DNA of 64,000 nt from Basidiobolus meristosporus CBS 931.73 (Eukaryota > Fungi > Basidiobolomycota). The number at the start of each line of letters is the position of its first letter. Within the stretch, counting starts at the first letter, position 1. A model generated the notes under the pieces. That model worked only from the letters and a program-made list of their open reading frames with translations. It ran no database searches and was not told the origin of the DNA. Shown one piece after another: positions 17,043-30,145 of the stretch. The translations under genes were made by a program, and so were the position numbers. The stretch lies in the NCBI GenBank assembly GCA_002104905.1, contig MCFE01000076.1, positions 118,643-182,642 of the forward strand, written 5' to 3'.

Positions 17043-18058
17043 CGAGTCCTGGCTAGGCACCGTTTGGCATAGTTGGTTTATTAAACTGTTTCAAAACCAT
17101 GGATTTCTCTTTAGGCTCAGTGAATTGTTCGAGTAATTGACTAGGGTGAAGAAAGTGCCAATTGCTTCCTAAACAGCCGTCGGCTCAGCTACCGGCCCAG
17201 ATGATGCTACTTCCATGATGGTGCGGTTCTCCCCAACTTATACTACATCAGCTATCACAACTGTTACTGTTGTGTTTGGCACACTTATACGCCCACAAAG
17301 CATGGGAACACATATATTTAAAGCGACTCACACCTCAGTAGATCGTAGAAGCCCATTTGATACCGTCGGGGTGCATTTACCAAGGATATTTTCTGAAGCA
17401 TTTGTTACAACAACCGCCCATATCTACTCAATAAGAACCAGGCTATAGGTTCATCTTACTATTACCTCGAAGCTTCTCCCGCACACGCATGCGAAAGCAT
17501 ATGTTAAAAGGATGGTTTCGAAGCGGTCAAAATGGGCCGAATAATTGACGGCACTATTCGGGCGAGTATGGAATCAGGATTGTCTACTAGGTCGGGAGCA
17601 CTAACTACTGAGCACTGTATGTATGCTTGTGCTTACTGCAGCATTCGTTGCATACATGGAGCTCGTTTAATAACCCTAAGTATGGCCCAGAAGAAATCAT
17701 TGTTCTCTTGGAATCATGGCTGAATTTCTAGCGAATACCATATTAATAAATATGCCAGGACCAAATATTGCCTGCACCTTGCTCAATAGGCCACTTCAAA
17801 AATCCCAATCCTACACAGCTGTGTGGCCAATCAATCGTGATATATAAGGCATGGTCGCCATTATACCAGAAATTAGGGAGATTTTTGGAACGTCCTATTG
17901 AATCCCGAGTAGCAAATGGGATTTGGGTGATTTGAGAAATGGTGGTTTTTAAGTTGAAATCAGTCTGATAATAGGTTTCTTCCTTTTCAACCATCCTTTG
18001 GTGTTGGATATCGTATCGTTTCTCTTCGGTCACCCATCCAATTAAAGTTATTTAGAAA

Positions 18059-18672
18059 ATGCCCCCAAAGGCCGATCCCAACGAAGTTAAGATCAGTAAG
18101 TACCGCCGTTTGTCAGTCTTCGCGAACCGCCGTTAACCAGTCTACAGTCTACCTCAGAGCCACTGGTGGTGAAGTTGGTGCTTCTTCCGCTCTTGCTCCC
18201 AAGATTGGTCCCCTTGGTTTGTCTCCCAAGAAGGTTGGTGAAGATATCGCCAAGGCTACCCAAGAATGGAAGGGTCTTCGTATCACCGTTCAATTGACCA
18301 TCCAAAATCGCCAAGCCGCTGTCTCCGTTGTTCCCTCAGCTTCTTCCTTGGTCATCCGTGCCCTCAAGGAGCCCATCCGCGACCGCAAGAAGGAGAAGAA
18401 CATCAAGCACTCCGGAAACATCACCTTGGATGATGTCATTGAGATCGCCAGAACCATGCGCTACAAGTCCTTGGCTCGTGAGTTGAGCGGTACCGTCAAG
18501 GAAATCCTTGGCACCTGCTTCTCTGTTGGCTGCACCGTTGATGGTCAGAACCCCAAGGATCTCACCGACGCCATTGATGCTGGTGAAGTTGAAATTCCCG
18601 TAAGTTGACAAACCAGATACACCACACAGTCACCCGACGCTAACCACGGAATTTGTCCCATAGGAAAACTAA
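18059..18672 (+). CDS. RPL12: 60S ribosomal protein L12 (uL11), 3 exons, last exon 9 nt
   Basis: [43 protein letters not shown]...; introns 18096-18147 and 18600-18663 give canonical C-terminus EIPEN*. Confidence 0.98.
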
Positions 18673-18950
18673 ATGTCGAGGATGCGTCCCCGAATGAGGA
18701 GAATTCGTTGATAATAAACAATAAATTTGGTTTCCAAGTCACACGTCCCGTCTATGCATTTTCTTGTTCACAATCGGATTTGGCCGAATCACCCATGGAT
18801 CGTGTAGTCGGGTTGATTTTTTTTCTTGATTAATAAATTAGGTAAATCAAATTAGCGAGTTGACCGCCATTTATCTGGCGTTCCATTTGATATGAAGTGA
18901 ATCAATTTTTCTAGTCTTTGCATTGCGCGTACTCCGCAGAAAGCCACCCC

Positions 18951-19605
18951 ATGACGAGTACTTCCCAACCAAAACCACAGGTATTTGTAGTCACGCTTAG
19001 CAGACAGAGGCCATCGGTCTAATCCAAGAACAACACAGTCCAAGAAAGCCACTCTTGATAAGCTTCGTGAGGCAGAGAAAGAGCTTCAAGAGTACCTTGA
19101 GCGCAAGAAACATGTGGACCGTAAACTGGTACTTTCATTAGGTGTTATTGTCTGTTTTGTACGCCCGTTAAGCTCCTGCACCTGTAGACGGATATAGAGG
19201 TCAAGATCTATCGGATGGAGGACAACTACCTTGAAGCAACGGCCCAAAGCGGTAACGTGATCCAAGGCTTCGACAACTACCTTAGCACAAGAAGCGAAAA
19301 AAAGCGAGTCAAGACTAGCGAATCTCAGCGGATCTTCACCAAATCCTCGACCACATCGTATAAGGTACGCTTTGCTTAGAACCACCCTAGTCACCTATTC
19401 GCTAACATCCCCTCATAAGGCGATCGAGACCATCGAAGATGAAGACTCCAGCATGGGTGAACGATCCAGAAGTGTCACTCCCCAACATATGAAGTCCATA
19501 CAACGCACATACAAGAAGAAGAAGTATTCGTTGGAGACGCCCAAGAACCAGAAAAAAATCCGGTTCTCGCTAAGCAAAGATACGGAGGAAGAGTTAGATA
19601 TATGA
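18951..19605 (+). CDS. EAF6: NuA4 acetyltransferase complex subunit Eaf6/MEAF6 (multi-exon)
   Basis: ELQEYLERKKHVDRKL..IEVKIYRMEDNYLE...GNVIQGFDNYL...RIFTKSSTT matches the Eaf6 pattern. Confidence 0.88.
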
Positions 19606-19699
19606 ACAGCTCTCAGCATGGTTGTATACATATGTCTATCTTGTATAACCAGCTTCAGCCAGAACAAAATCGCCGTCGTTTTCCATGTAATTCTATGTT

Positions 19700-20470
19700 G
19701 GAGGCTGTATCTATTCACCACTCACTAGTCGTTAATATCCCATTAAATGTATTTTTACCACCATGCCTAAGAATGCTACATATTCCCAAGGCATTTTGCT
19801 TGCCAACACAAACATTTGCTACTGCATTCACGCCATCAACCTCACACATGGGCTGATCCTCCAAACAATTACACCAGTACCCGGTGAAATGAAAACGGGG
19901 ATGGATTGACGTAAAAAAAAATTCTCGAATATTCACGTCCGCCCTAGTGGATGGTATAAAAGCACAAACTTAGCCCCAAGCGGGGTAAACACATACGTTC
20001 CAATAAATCCCATTTTCCACACACACACACATACACACCGTTGCCCGTTTCACTTTGATTGCCCCAAGACGCGCATAAAGGCAGGGATCCATGAACTAGT
20101 TATTTCATGTTGGTCCAGAGTTTTTAGTAAACTACAGCGCTAGAGTAAGTACTTGATGAAAGAACACATCTGGGCCTAGCGCCCCGATGCCTTTTTTTCT
20201 ACTCATGAGACGATTTTCGGTGTATTGGAATCTAAGCTGCCATGTGTTAGAGTATATGAGCGGTTTATCCCAAACATACATTTCTACTGGTAGGTTCCAC
20301 CTATTCTTCCCCCTCCTTACCATCATTGCTTCTACTAGCACATGTTAGTATCTGTAAACAGTAATAAAGCGCTGGTCAATTCGTGAAAAGGGTGATTAAT
20401 AATCAGAGATTGAAGTAAATGGCGGCGAAAGAAGTCATGAAGCCAGGTTGGGTGATATGGGCGCATATGG
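19700..20470 (-). CDS. Probable small multi-exon gene of unknown function (ends approximate)
   Basis: Phase-0 exons 20236-20153 and 20095-20039 plus next exon splice to an open frame LRFQYTENRLMSRKKGIGALGPDVFFHQFMDPCLYARLGAIKVKRATGGREYSRIFFYVNP...; TACTAAC/CTAAC branch sites present. Confidence 0.45.
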
Positions 20471-20675
20471 CGAGGGTGAGAGTTCAAAGGTAGCCGCACT
20501 ACCGATCAGTGGGAGGTTTTCTTATCCACGTGAAAACCTGGATGCCATTTAAACTAGTTGGCAAATTAGGATTAGATGCATGTTTCGATTTAAACGAGCA
20601 TCGCATTCAGCCAAGCTCACCTATTAATTGCTAAGCATCAAATTTCAGTCGACTGAATACAACTTCTTAAATACC

Positions 20676-22010
20676 ATGGCCTTCGACCGTAAAGTAGATG
20701 AGAAGCTCAATTTCGAGACCAGCGAAGATGTCAAGGTGGTCTCCACCTTCGATCAACTAGGGCTAAAGGAGGATCTCCTACGTGGCATATATGCTTACAG
20801 TAAGTTACCGGCAATTTTATGTCTTTTGGGTTTACCCCTCACTATTGGTCTCACCTCGTCTGACGCCATCCCACCTAGACTTTGAGAAGCCTTCTGCCAT
20901 TCAGCAACGTGCCATCGCACCGATCATGAAAGGTCGTGATGTTATTGCTCAGGCACAATCGGGTACTGGTAAAACGGCCACTTTCTCCATTTCGATCCTG
21001 CAAACCGTAGACACCTCGGTCCGTGAAACACAGGCCCTCGTACTTTCACCTACTCGTGAACTTGCCACGCAGATCCAGAATGTAGTCTTAGCTCTGGGCG
21101 ATTATATGAACGTACAATGCCACGCCTGCATCGGTGGTACCAGCATTGGAGAAGATATCCGCAAGCTTGACTATGGACAGCACGTGGTGTCTGGTACTCC
21201 AGGAAGAGTTTATGATATGATTCGCAGGCGTAACCTGCGTACACGTAATATCAAAATGCTTATCCTGGATGAGGCAGATGAACTTCTTAATCGAGGTTTC
21301 AAAGATCAAATATATGATGTCTACCGGTATCTGCCACCTTCTACCCAAGTCGTCCTACTCAGCGCCACACTCCCACACGATGTACTTGAGCTTACCACCA
21401 AATTCATGACCGACCCCATTCGTATCCTTGTCAAGCGCGATGAGCTCACCCTCGAAGGGATCAAGCAGTTCTTCGTAGCCGTGGAGAAGGAGGAGTGGAA
21501 GTTCGACACGCTCTGTGATCTATATGATACGCTGACCATTACACAGGCAGTAATCTTCTGCAATACCCGGAGAAAGGTCGATTGGTTAACCGAGAAGATG
21601 CGAGAGGCCAACTTTACAGTGTCGTCGATGCACGGAGAGATGCCACAAAAGGAAAGAGATTCCATCATGCAGGAGTTTAGACAGGGCGCCAGCCGTGTAC
21701 TAATCACCACCGATGTGTGGGCTCGTGGGATTGATGTTCAGCAAGTCTCGTTGGTGATAAACTACGACTTGCCCTCCAATCGAGAAAACTACATTCATCG
21801 GTAAGTCCATCTAGGTCCCCAATGTGGATGGGATCGAGAGTGCTAACCCATTATTTTCTGTGCAGCATCGGGCGTTCCGGTCGGTTCGGTCGTAAGGGAG
21901 TCGCCATCAACTTCGTCAAGAACGATGATGTTAAAATCCTACGTGATATCGAGCAATACTACAGCACACAAATCGATGAAATGCCCATGAACGTCACCGA
22001 TTTGATTTGA
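20676..22010 (+). CDS. FAL1: DEAD-box helicase eIF4A-III / Fal1 (3 exons)
   Basis: [50 protein letters not shown]; eIF4A3-type N-terminus. Confidence 0.96.
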
Positions 22011-22661
22011 TTCGATGTGATTTAATGTAATCTAATTTGGTTCCGAGGGCTTTGTATGCAGTGGCAGTGTAAACACATCTGGTTGTATCTTTTCGCCACC
22101 ATTTCTCCAAGCGGCTCGTGCTATCCATGTGATGGGGATTTCGATGTCTCATAGGAGTCTGGCCAGGCTGGAGCTGGGTTTAGCAGTTGCAATCAATAAA
22201 TTCGGACCGTCAAACAATCCCCATCACCGTTTCATATTCTAGCACCATTGCTTCGAGTATGAGTAAAGGCAATCACGCGCATACTATATAGAGTAGATCT
22301 ACACTGAGTCATGAAAGCCCAAGTGAGCACTGATGGGCCTTGCTCCCATAGCCCTTATTGCATTTCACTAGGGGGCTTCAACAGAACCAATAGGCTATTT
22401 TATCCTCAGATAGCCGGATATGGTAATTGAGCTGGATGTGGAGTGGGTAGAAATGCATTATTATCTCCTATTTCTTGTCTCAGTACTACACCAAGGGGCA
22501 TCAGATGTGAGGGGTATCCGAGATGATAAAGATACCACGGTGGGTGGAAGGCAGCCCAATGTATCAGGACAAAATATTTATTGGATTAGCTTTGCGCACT
22601 TGAGATCTGTTCACATCGCCTTTATTCCTTCCACTCGTGCCACTTCATACTTGCTTCGATC

Positions 22662-23845
22662 ATGTCCTGGCCTGTTCACCTACCTCGTCGCTTTCGGACG
22701 ACCAATTTCATCTGTCTCACACTGCTGGTGCTGCTCTCCTTCCTATTCATACTGACTCTGACGATAACTAGCTACAACACCTATTGCCACGACGCCAGCG
22801 TCAAAGGGGTTATGACAGGCCTGAGGAAGAATTACTGGAAAGAAGGAGAGATCGATTTTCTACCCATTTTGATGCCAGTGTGCGACCGACCGGAATACCT
22901 CAAAGAGGTCCTGGATGCCCTGGCCAAGAACCATGACATCGACAAGGTAATGATTCAAGAGCACGAAACAATCTTCACTGATATTGACCATCCTCCATGC
23001 CCAGACTGTGCTAGTCGTATCTCAGGACGGGAATAACAAAGAGGTGGAGGCACTCATCAACAATGTTACCCTTCCATCGCGTGTGGTCCACTTGCGCCAT
23101 ATTCGTCCATACCTTTCTATTCCCTCCTACATCCACACTAACGAGTACGCCACCGCAGCCAACGTCAAATTTCTGTTGGAATTCGCTTTTGATTACTTGA
23201 AGGTAAGTGTATGGAGTGCCGCGAGACTACTGTGATCGCCAGCCTAACCAGTCGGGATCCCTAGGCCCCTGGAGCGATTGTACTTGAGAGTGATCTCAAA
23301 CCATCAGTTGATATGTACAATTACTTCAACTGGGCGTTCCAGAAGATTCTAAAGAATCCTCGTTACAGCCACGTTCTAAATATCAATAGCTTCAATATGG
23401 ACTCCCGGGAGGATTCCGATCCATACACCCTAACTCCAGCGGAGTTCACCGTATGGGGATGGTGCACTGCTGCTGACAGGTGGCCGCTCCTGAAAGAGAA
23501 GTGGACGAAATTTGGTAACTGGGATATCAACGTTCAGGAGAACATCAGAATTCCACACCGTATGGTCAGCATGACTCCACTTCTGGCTAGGGTTAAGAAC
23601 ATTGGCAGAATTGTAAGTGCCTTTCACTGAGGTGATTCGCGTGTCTTGAAGCTAATCATTTTCCCAACAAGGGGATCAATTTTGACATATCTGAAGAGGA
23701 TTTCTACGAGTGGGACGAAGTATACATCAATACAAACCGGGCCATTTCTTTCGATGGTCAAGAGCCCAGGATTGTCAACACCAATCTTACTGCCAAGGCT
23801 GTCGAGAACTTTGATAATCAGGGATTCATGGGAGTATTTAATTAG
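22662..23845 (+). CDS. Type II membrane GT-A glycosyltransferase, GnT-I (GT13/MGAT1)-like (4 exons)
   Basis: N-terminal TM anchor; PILMPVCDRPEYLKEVL, LVVSQDG, AIVLESDL (EDD-like), WGW, WD...P...RVKNIGRIG motifs. Confidence 0.75.
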
Positions 23846-23986
23846 TGAAACCAACCCAGCTTAGTGTACTTTGTTTACTCTAGTCTTTGAAAGCTCACGA
23901 GAATCCAGTTAGACTGATGAAATGATACATATCTGACGCAAGTGACGACTCGTACCGAGCGGGATAACCCATAGATAGAAACATCC

Positions 23987-25141
23987 TTAATGTGTTAAAG
24001 CACTACCCTCCCAGTTGACCAAGATACCAAATAAACAAAAGCTGCTATAATATACACTCCAACCACGGTTCTCATTTAACCCCTTCACACCTCCTGACTG
24101 CTCAGCCGATTTGCCGTGTGTTTTCTCAGCGACTGGAATATAGGTGACTCCATTGAGTTCGGCTACTACCTGCAATATGTTTCCCACATCGTAGAAATCA
24201 ACCGCGAGGAAGTTGGCGGTTCGATTCCTCTCCTCCCTGCATTGTATGGCATGATTTTGCAGCTGCTCTCCATTGGTCAAGGTAGCATGGCTTGCTGCGG
24301 GTATGTTGATGTTGCTCTCACCAATGTTAAGCTGAGTAAATACGAAATGATTGATTAGATACATCGCGGAATTTGACTCCTTCGGCCGATCCACGTCGCA
24401 GTTGTATGATGAATTAACTGGTATTGTGTAGGTTGTTTCCCACAAGAAATCATACTCTTCTAGAAGCCTACGATAGACCGATTCGGTTTCAGCCCAAGTG
24501 GCGTGTGATTCGAGCAGGTTATCAGGATCTACTTACCATGGCCATTTGGGGGCGACACTCCTATCAATAAAGACAACTAGTCTGGTATTGTTTCTGATCA
24601 TCTCCTCCAACGTGGGCCATTCCTCATCGACCTTCTGGGCCTTGGCGAAGCGAAGTAGCCCAGAGCTTTCAAAAACCTTCTTGATCGCATCCCCGTCCAC
24701 TTGGGCGAAGTTTTCTAAAAAGAGGGTGATCACTTCGAACGGGTTTGTGTCAAGGAAATCTTTGATGGCCACTAGCGTGTCCAGAAGCGGCCCAGCATCC
24801 AAAAAGCCACAATCTCCATGGCAGAGTTCTACAGCGTTACTACTTTTGGTAGAGATATGTAAATCCAACATTAGCCCGCGGATACCATCCTGGAGTTGGT
24901 TCACAATGGGCTTGTTCTGGTTGCCGGCAGGGCTGGGGGTTAGTGCGAATGAGTTGTGGGTTACCGCGGTTGAGACTTTCCCGTAGCTGCGCTGGCACAA
25001 TTCCTTGTATCCATTACAGGTGATTAGCTCCAAGTGGTTATGGAATGCTGTGTTATTTACAGGCACTGGGGCGTCCTGGTGAGAAATACTGAAGTGATTC
25101 AGTAAAGCAAGACTCGTCAAGATGTGGATTGGGATATGCAT
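23987..25141 (-). CDS. Secreted PLC-like phosphodiesterase (PI-PLC X-domain family)
   Basis: Signal peptide, CNGYKELC..Y..V....THNSFA, QLQDGIRGLMLDLH, LCHGDC, NPFEVITLFLEN; hydrophobic C-terminus. Confidence 0.88.
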
Positions 25142-25834
25142 CACCTCAACGACTGCTCTGGTCGCTATCTCTACTGATCATATATATTCTCTTTCCGCCT
25201 AAGCTAGCCGGCTCTTGAACTTGGAGGTGGTTGTTGATTCAGCTGCACTGTCAACACCACAGACAGCGAATAACACTCGAACAAGTCGAGCCCAACACTG
25301 GGAGCACGTAGTCAACCTAGTCAAACGATTGGACACAGAAATAACACAGCTAGCAGTAAAGTATAGAAAATATCTCTAAGCCATTCACGCAAACCCTCAC
25401 TAACTCTGTATGAGGTTGGGATTTCATAGATTGATGCAATCAAATGCATGCCAGGTGTTGGCGGCGAGCTCATGCTCTAAAAACAGTCTTACAATTTCTG
25501 GTGTTTATTCCACTCGATACTGATTACTTGGAAGTAGAACTATGCTATATTTGATGTTTGAAGGCACAGCTGTAATGAATGGTTAGACCATAGGTGGACA
25601 GTGAACTTGAAACATCTATCTATTATATCAACACTTCACCTGATCCTCATACTATGGACTGGGGTGTGAACGATTGTATATGATAGGATTGTATTCGATT
25701 ACAACTGGATAAATAATGCTATTTGGAAATAATGGAGCGATTGCTCATAACCCATTGGGCTGATGATCGGATTCAATCGTTGCCGGCACCAATGGAGGGA
25801 TCCCTCTCACACGGGCTTAGGCAGGAAGGATGGG

Positions 25835-26509
25835 CTATTTGGCCATGCTCTCAATCGAAATCTTCTTGGCAAGTGGCTTATGAAGACTCACCTTCGGCAC
25901 ATGGATAAGGAGGATTCCGTTCTCATAGACTGCTCTAACATCCTCCACCTCCACTTTCACCGGAAACACGAACGCTCTTTGGAAGCGTGTCTGGTTGCTT
26001 CTGTCGGTATCGAACATGAATTCGGTAGTAACCCCCGAACGAGTCATCTCGTTATGCATAGCACTTGCAGGATTCTCAATGCCAAGAAAAGCGTCCACTA
26101 TGTTGCCCCGACGTTTGACTACCCCGTAGACTACCATCGTTGTTTCATCCACAAATTCCAGGCTGATGTCCTTCTTCTGAACTCCAGGAAGCTCCACTTG
26201 AATCAAATAGGAGTTACTGTTCTCTACAAACACCAAACAAGTCAGTTCAGATGCTACCACGCACTGTATACACCCCTTATAAATACCAGATAACTCCACT
26301 GCAGGCTTCAAATGATTTTCGGGTTCAACCTCCGGCTCAATGGGTCGCAGAATCGTTGGTCTGGTGAGATGGATTGAATGGTAGTTCGCCACTGGCCGGT
26401 AATGCGTGTGTCCAGCCCTTCTTTGAGCGGTCGCTGACAGTGGCTCATCCAGGATAGCAACTGCGTGGCGAACGCCGGGGACAACGGAAGAGAACACACG
26501 AGAAAACAT
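25835..26509 (-). CDS. Small heat shock protein (HSP20/alpha-crystallin domain)
   Basis: ENSNSYLIQVELPGVQKKDISL and FQRAFVFP...DVRAVYENGILLIHVPK ACD motifs; single ORF. Confidence 0.88.
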   Translation of the reverse strand: MFSRVFSSVVPGVRHAVAILDEPLSATAQRRAGHTHYRPVANYHSIHLTRPTILRPIEPEVEPENHLKPAVELSGIYKGCIQCVVASELTCLVFVENSNSYLIQVELPGVQKKDISLEFVDETTMVVYGVVKRRGNIVDAFLGIENPASAMHNEMTRSGVTTEFMFDTDRSNQTRFQRAFVFPVKVEVEDVRAVYENGILLIHVPKVSLHKPLAKKISIESMAK

Positions 26510-27839
26510 ACTTATGATTTGACTGGTTAGGAAAAACGTAACAAAGTTGGGCTACCAAGATGACCAATATCTAGCCTCATTCCACGATGAGCTTCGGCTG
26601 GACCATCGCTTTTAAATATATATCTTTTGGGGGCCGGGTTTACCTGGTCCTTGGTATATTCCCGAAGCAAATTAAAGAACGGACTAGAGGCATCTCTTGC
26701 TCGGGCTACTTAGGGACAGTCACACATTGCCGTGCTACAAGCGCATTTCAGACTAAATGGCGTCTACCGTGGCAGCATATTCTGGTTGAGTTAACTGGTT
26801 GAAATGAAGGTGATTAGTGGAAATCGATTCTAAGAAAATAGTATGCAGCTTTGTGCACCATCCATGTGGGCTCTAGATTCGACTGCGTTGCCGCTCGCCA
26901 TAAAATCATTAAACATTACTTCGAGGTTCCCACCGAAATTCGCCCACAATTGATCCGAAACAAACGGCCCGAGAACTGTGTTAATGTGAAATGACCCATT
27001 TCTTTAAGTACAGCGCAGCCCAAGCTAAGCCGTATAACCACGAGATATCTCCTTGCACAACTGATGTGTATGCTCTAGTTTGCATATGTGTGTTACACTC
27101 ATCTTTTTACAGCGGATATTCAAAAGAGACTCAGTGTGTTGTGCCTCTAAGCTCTTTTCGTTAGTTTTCTTTGTGTTGTCGTGACTGTGGGATATTTTCA
27201 TGAACGAGCGCCTCGAATCGATTTGGAGAAGTATCAAGGTGGCGAATGGCACTTTGGGGAGTCTACAAACCACCCATGATCATCCCGGTATGCACTACGG
27301 ATGCTACAAAACCTGTATGGACATGATTCCAAATCAGAAAGCCCATAGGCTGATGACGAAGAGTTGGGGGAAGTCAGCATATGGTGAGGTGATAGTTCCA
27401 CTTGCGAAATCTAGTGGATTGATATGGTGCGCAATTCTAGGTCTCTATCTCCAAACCACCGGTCGCCTGAGGATTTACCGTCTTGTATTTTCAATACGTC
27501 AGTGTTTCTCTTTTCCGCTTTGGGTGGAAAAATGGAAAGGGCAGGAAACAAACAGATTGCCATCGCACAGTTCGAATTCTTTTCCGCCAGTCCAGCCCTG
27601 TGCAATAGGTTCAAAGGTGGTTTATTTTACAGCCCACTATCATATACTTTCTGGCCAGCTTTCGACCCTCCACGATGTATGGTGTTGTCATCAATAGGTT
27701 GATATTTGGCAAAGATGAGGCAAACGGATTAAATGTACATTACTATTAACTAACAAGATGGATGTGTCTTGGATATTTCTTTAGGATCAAAACAGCACCA
27801 GGTGTGCTCGGGGAACTCACTAACATACTTTATGCATAT

Positions 27840-28858
27840 TTAGGGGGTAAGGTAACCACTGATTCCAACGCATGGGTAGGGTGTACCGGTGACATTTGGG
27901 ATTCCTGAGGAGATGGGGGCCTCTTTTGGCGGTGAACAAGGTAAGTATGACCGGGTGAGCTTGTTTTCTTGTCCAGTGACGACCATCGGACTTTTCACAT
28001 GGGTGTTCCTACCCTGTTTACATCGCGCAGAAAACCGTTGGATTATGTACGGGGCAAATCGGAGGGGGCTATTTGGCTTCTGGTATTGCTTCGTGGTTAA
28101 CGGTCCCATGTGGGGCTCACGCAAGAAGATTTGCTTCTGAAGGAATCTCTCCCAATGGTGGTAAATTTTCTCGGGAATTATTAGATCATGGTCCATCAAT
28201 TTCAAGAACGTATATTCGATACAGTTCACTTCGGCCACACTAACCCCCATGATGTTGGCCCAGGTACGATTCTTGTAGTTCTTGTCCTGGGTGAACTTGG
28301 ATGTCACCATTAAAGAGGCTACAAACATTCGTCTTCCACACCGGGCAAAATCCATGCAGCTTGGATTCTCAAAACATGGCTCTTTGGTCTGGAGCTTAAG
28401 GAGGTAAAGCAAGGCCAAAGACCAGATGCCTATGGGCACCCCAGAACGTCTGACTATCTCCAAGATAAATTGTCTGGGTGGGATGGCTTCATTGACTTGA
28501 TTAAGTTTCATGGAGGCACCCTGAATGAAATTCGTAGTAATCTCTAAAGGGAATCATTCATTAGTCTACGAGCCCGTGTTAGCCTATCAAGCAGATCTTG
28601 AATCCAGGCCACTGTAGATAGCAGCAGCGGATTATTAGCAAATCAATGCTTACCAGTCAAACATTCAAGTGCAATAATATGCAGCGAAGTCGAAGGAGCA
28701 AGCGTTTTCGTGGGTGGTGCTCTGGGATTCGGATTAGTGGTGGGGTGTGGGTGGATGTCATGAGGGTTCTCAGGAGGGGTGGCCAAACAAGTGGCAGAAC
28801 ATAGAAGAGAAGGAACACATCTCAAAGCCGAACCGGGTAAATCTCCTTGCACTTTCAT
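27840..28858 (-). CDS. PHO80/PCL-type cyclin
   Basis: FILEIVRRS...LALLYL, RRMFVASLMVTSKFTQDKNYKNRTWA, EVNCIEYTFL..MDHDL cyclin box; 5' exon 28858-28654 inferred. Confidence 0.85.
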
Positions 28859-29874
28859 TGAAGATCCCACTAGATACAAAGACTATACAAGGTATAAAAG
28901 GTTGAGTTGAATGATCACTATTCAACTTGTGTCATATCTTGTACTTAAATACTAGCAACATGCTCTTGCCCAAATGTAGAATAGATTTCCTAATGGTTAT
29001 GAATATACTAGCTGTCAGTGATCCCAATTTCTGACCTCTTACCAAAAAGTAGTCACGCCTTCTGAGCCTATCCTAGGCTAGGATTCTCGGAGCCAAACTT
29101 GTTCATCTCCAACATAAGAGCCATTATTGGATGACACCATGATTGATTCACCTCACCGTTCAACTCAGAGCTCCGTTTCACCTGCTGCCATCTTTCCCCT
29201 AGCGAAGAGGCATCTGTGCAGATTGAAACTGGAATACATTAAAATAGCCTATTCGCACACTACAGAGTATGGCGGTAGTTGGATTATTTATGATGTGATT
29301 GGCCAGCTGCCAATCAGCAGGCGCGATTCCGAGCTCCATCATGGAAGGGCGAGGTCATGTCTTTATGGAACTAGTAATGGAATAGCATCTAGGACCAATC
29401 ACGGGATACGCAAGCGATGTGCTACTGGTGGATGTGCCCATTTCTGCTACAGCTTGGATACAGCAAAAGCTGCCATCCTTGAGGAAAAGCACGCCATTTA
29501 CCACCTCACGATTTACAGGAGGCATCCGACAGGCTTCCGGATCACTTCCATAAATGGACTTCCCTGGACACCCATTTGTTTGCTATAGCTTTTGATCCTC
29601 TCTAACCTGATATGTGGTGGTAGTCACTTGATGAAATGCCATCATGGTGCGAGGCTCATGGTTACTCAGCTACCTACATGTATTGGCGCATCGCCTTGCC
29701 AGACATCACGTAATATAATAAGGTTTCCTCATTCAAATCCTTATCAGGTTCAGGTAAGCGAGCGAGATCAATGTTCCGCTGTCTAACCTTAATCCCAACA
29801 ATAAGCCAAAACTCGTGTGGCCAACCCTCCTGTGACCAACTGACCTCCAAGCGCTTCCGTTACAAGTAACCTCG

Positions 29875-29934
29875 ATCCCTCATCCCTCATCCCTCATCCC
29901 TCATCCCTCATCCCTCATCCCTCATCCCTCATCC
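29875..29934. repeat. Heptamer tandem repeat (ATCCCTC)8; (GAGGGAT)n on minus strand
   Basis: Eight perfect units read directly. Confidence 0.97.
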
Positions 29935-30145
29935 ATCAGTATTCTAAATCTTTGTGCAACATCAGTCTCGTAATAGCCTTGGTCATATCGTGGCTGTGGA
30001 ATCCATGCGTTTGGTAATCACTACATTATCAATTGATACGTTTATTCACTTCAGCTGAAGCTCAACCAATGGCAAGTAACCCAGGGCAGTATGCTCCGCA
30101 GAATGGTATATACAGCTATATGGAGCGGCCTTGCATATTCAGGTT

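Noticed and set aside
27000-27700. Short spliced minus-strand ORF downstream of the cyclin
   Set aside because: About 80 aa, no recognisable features, may be 3' UTR introns
29127-29800. 153-aa plus-strand ORF
   Set aside because: No domain, no consistent splicing model
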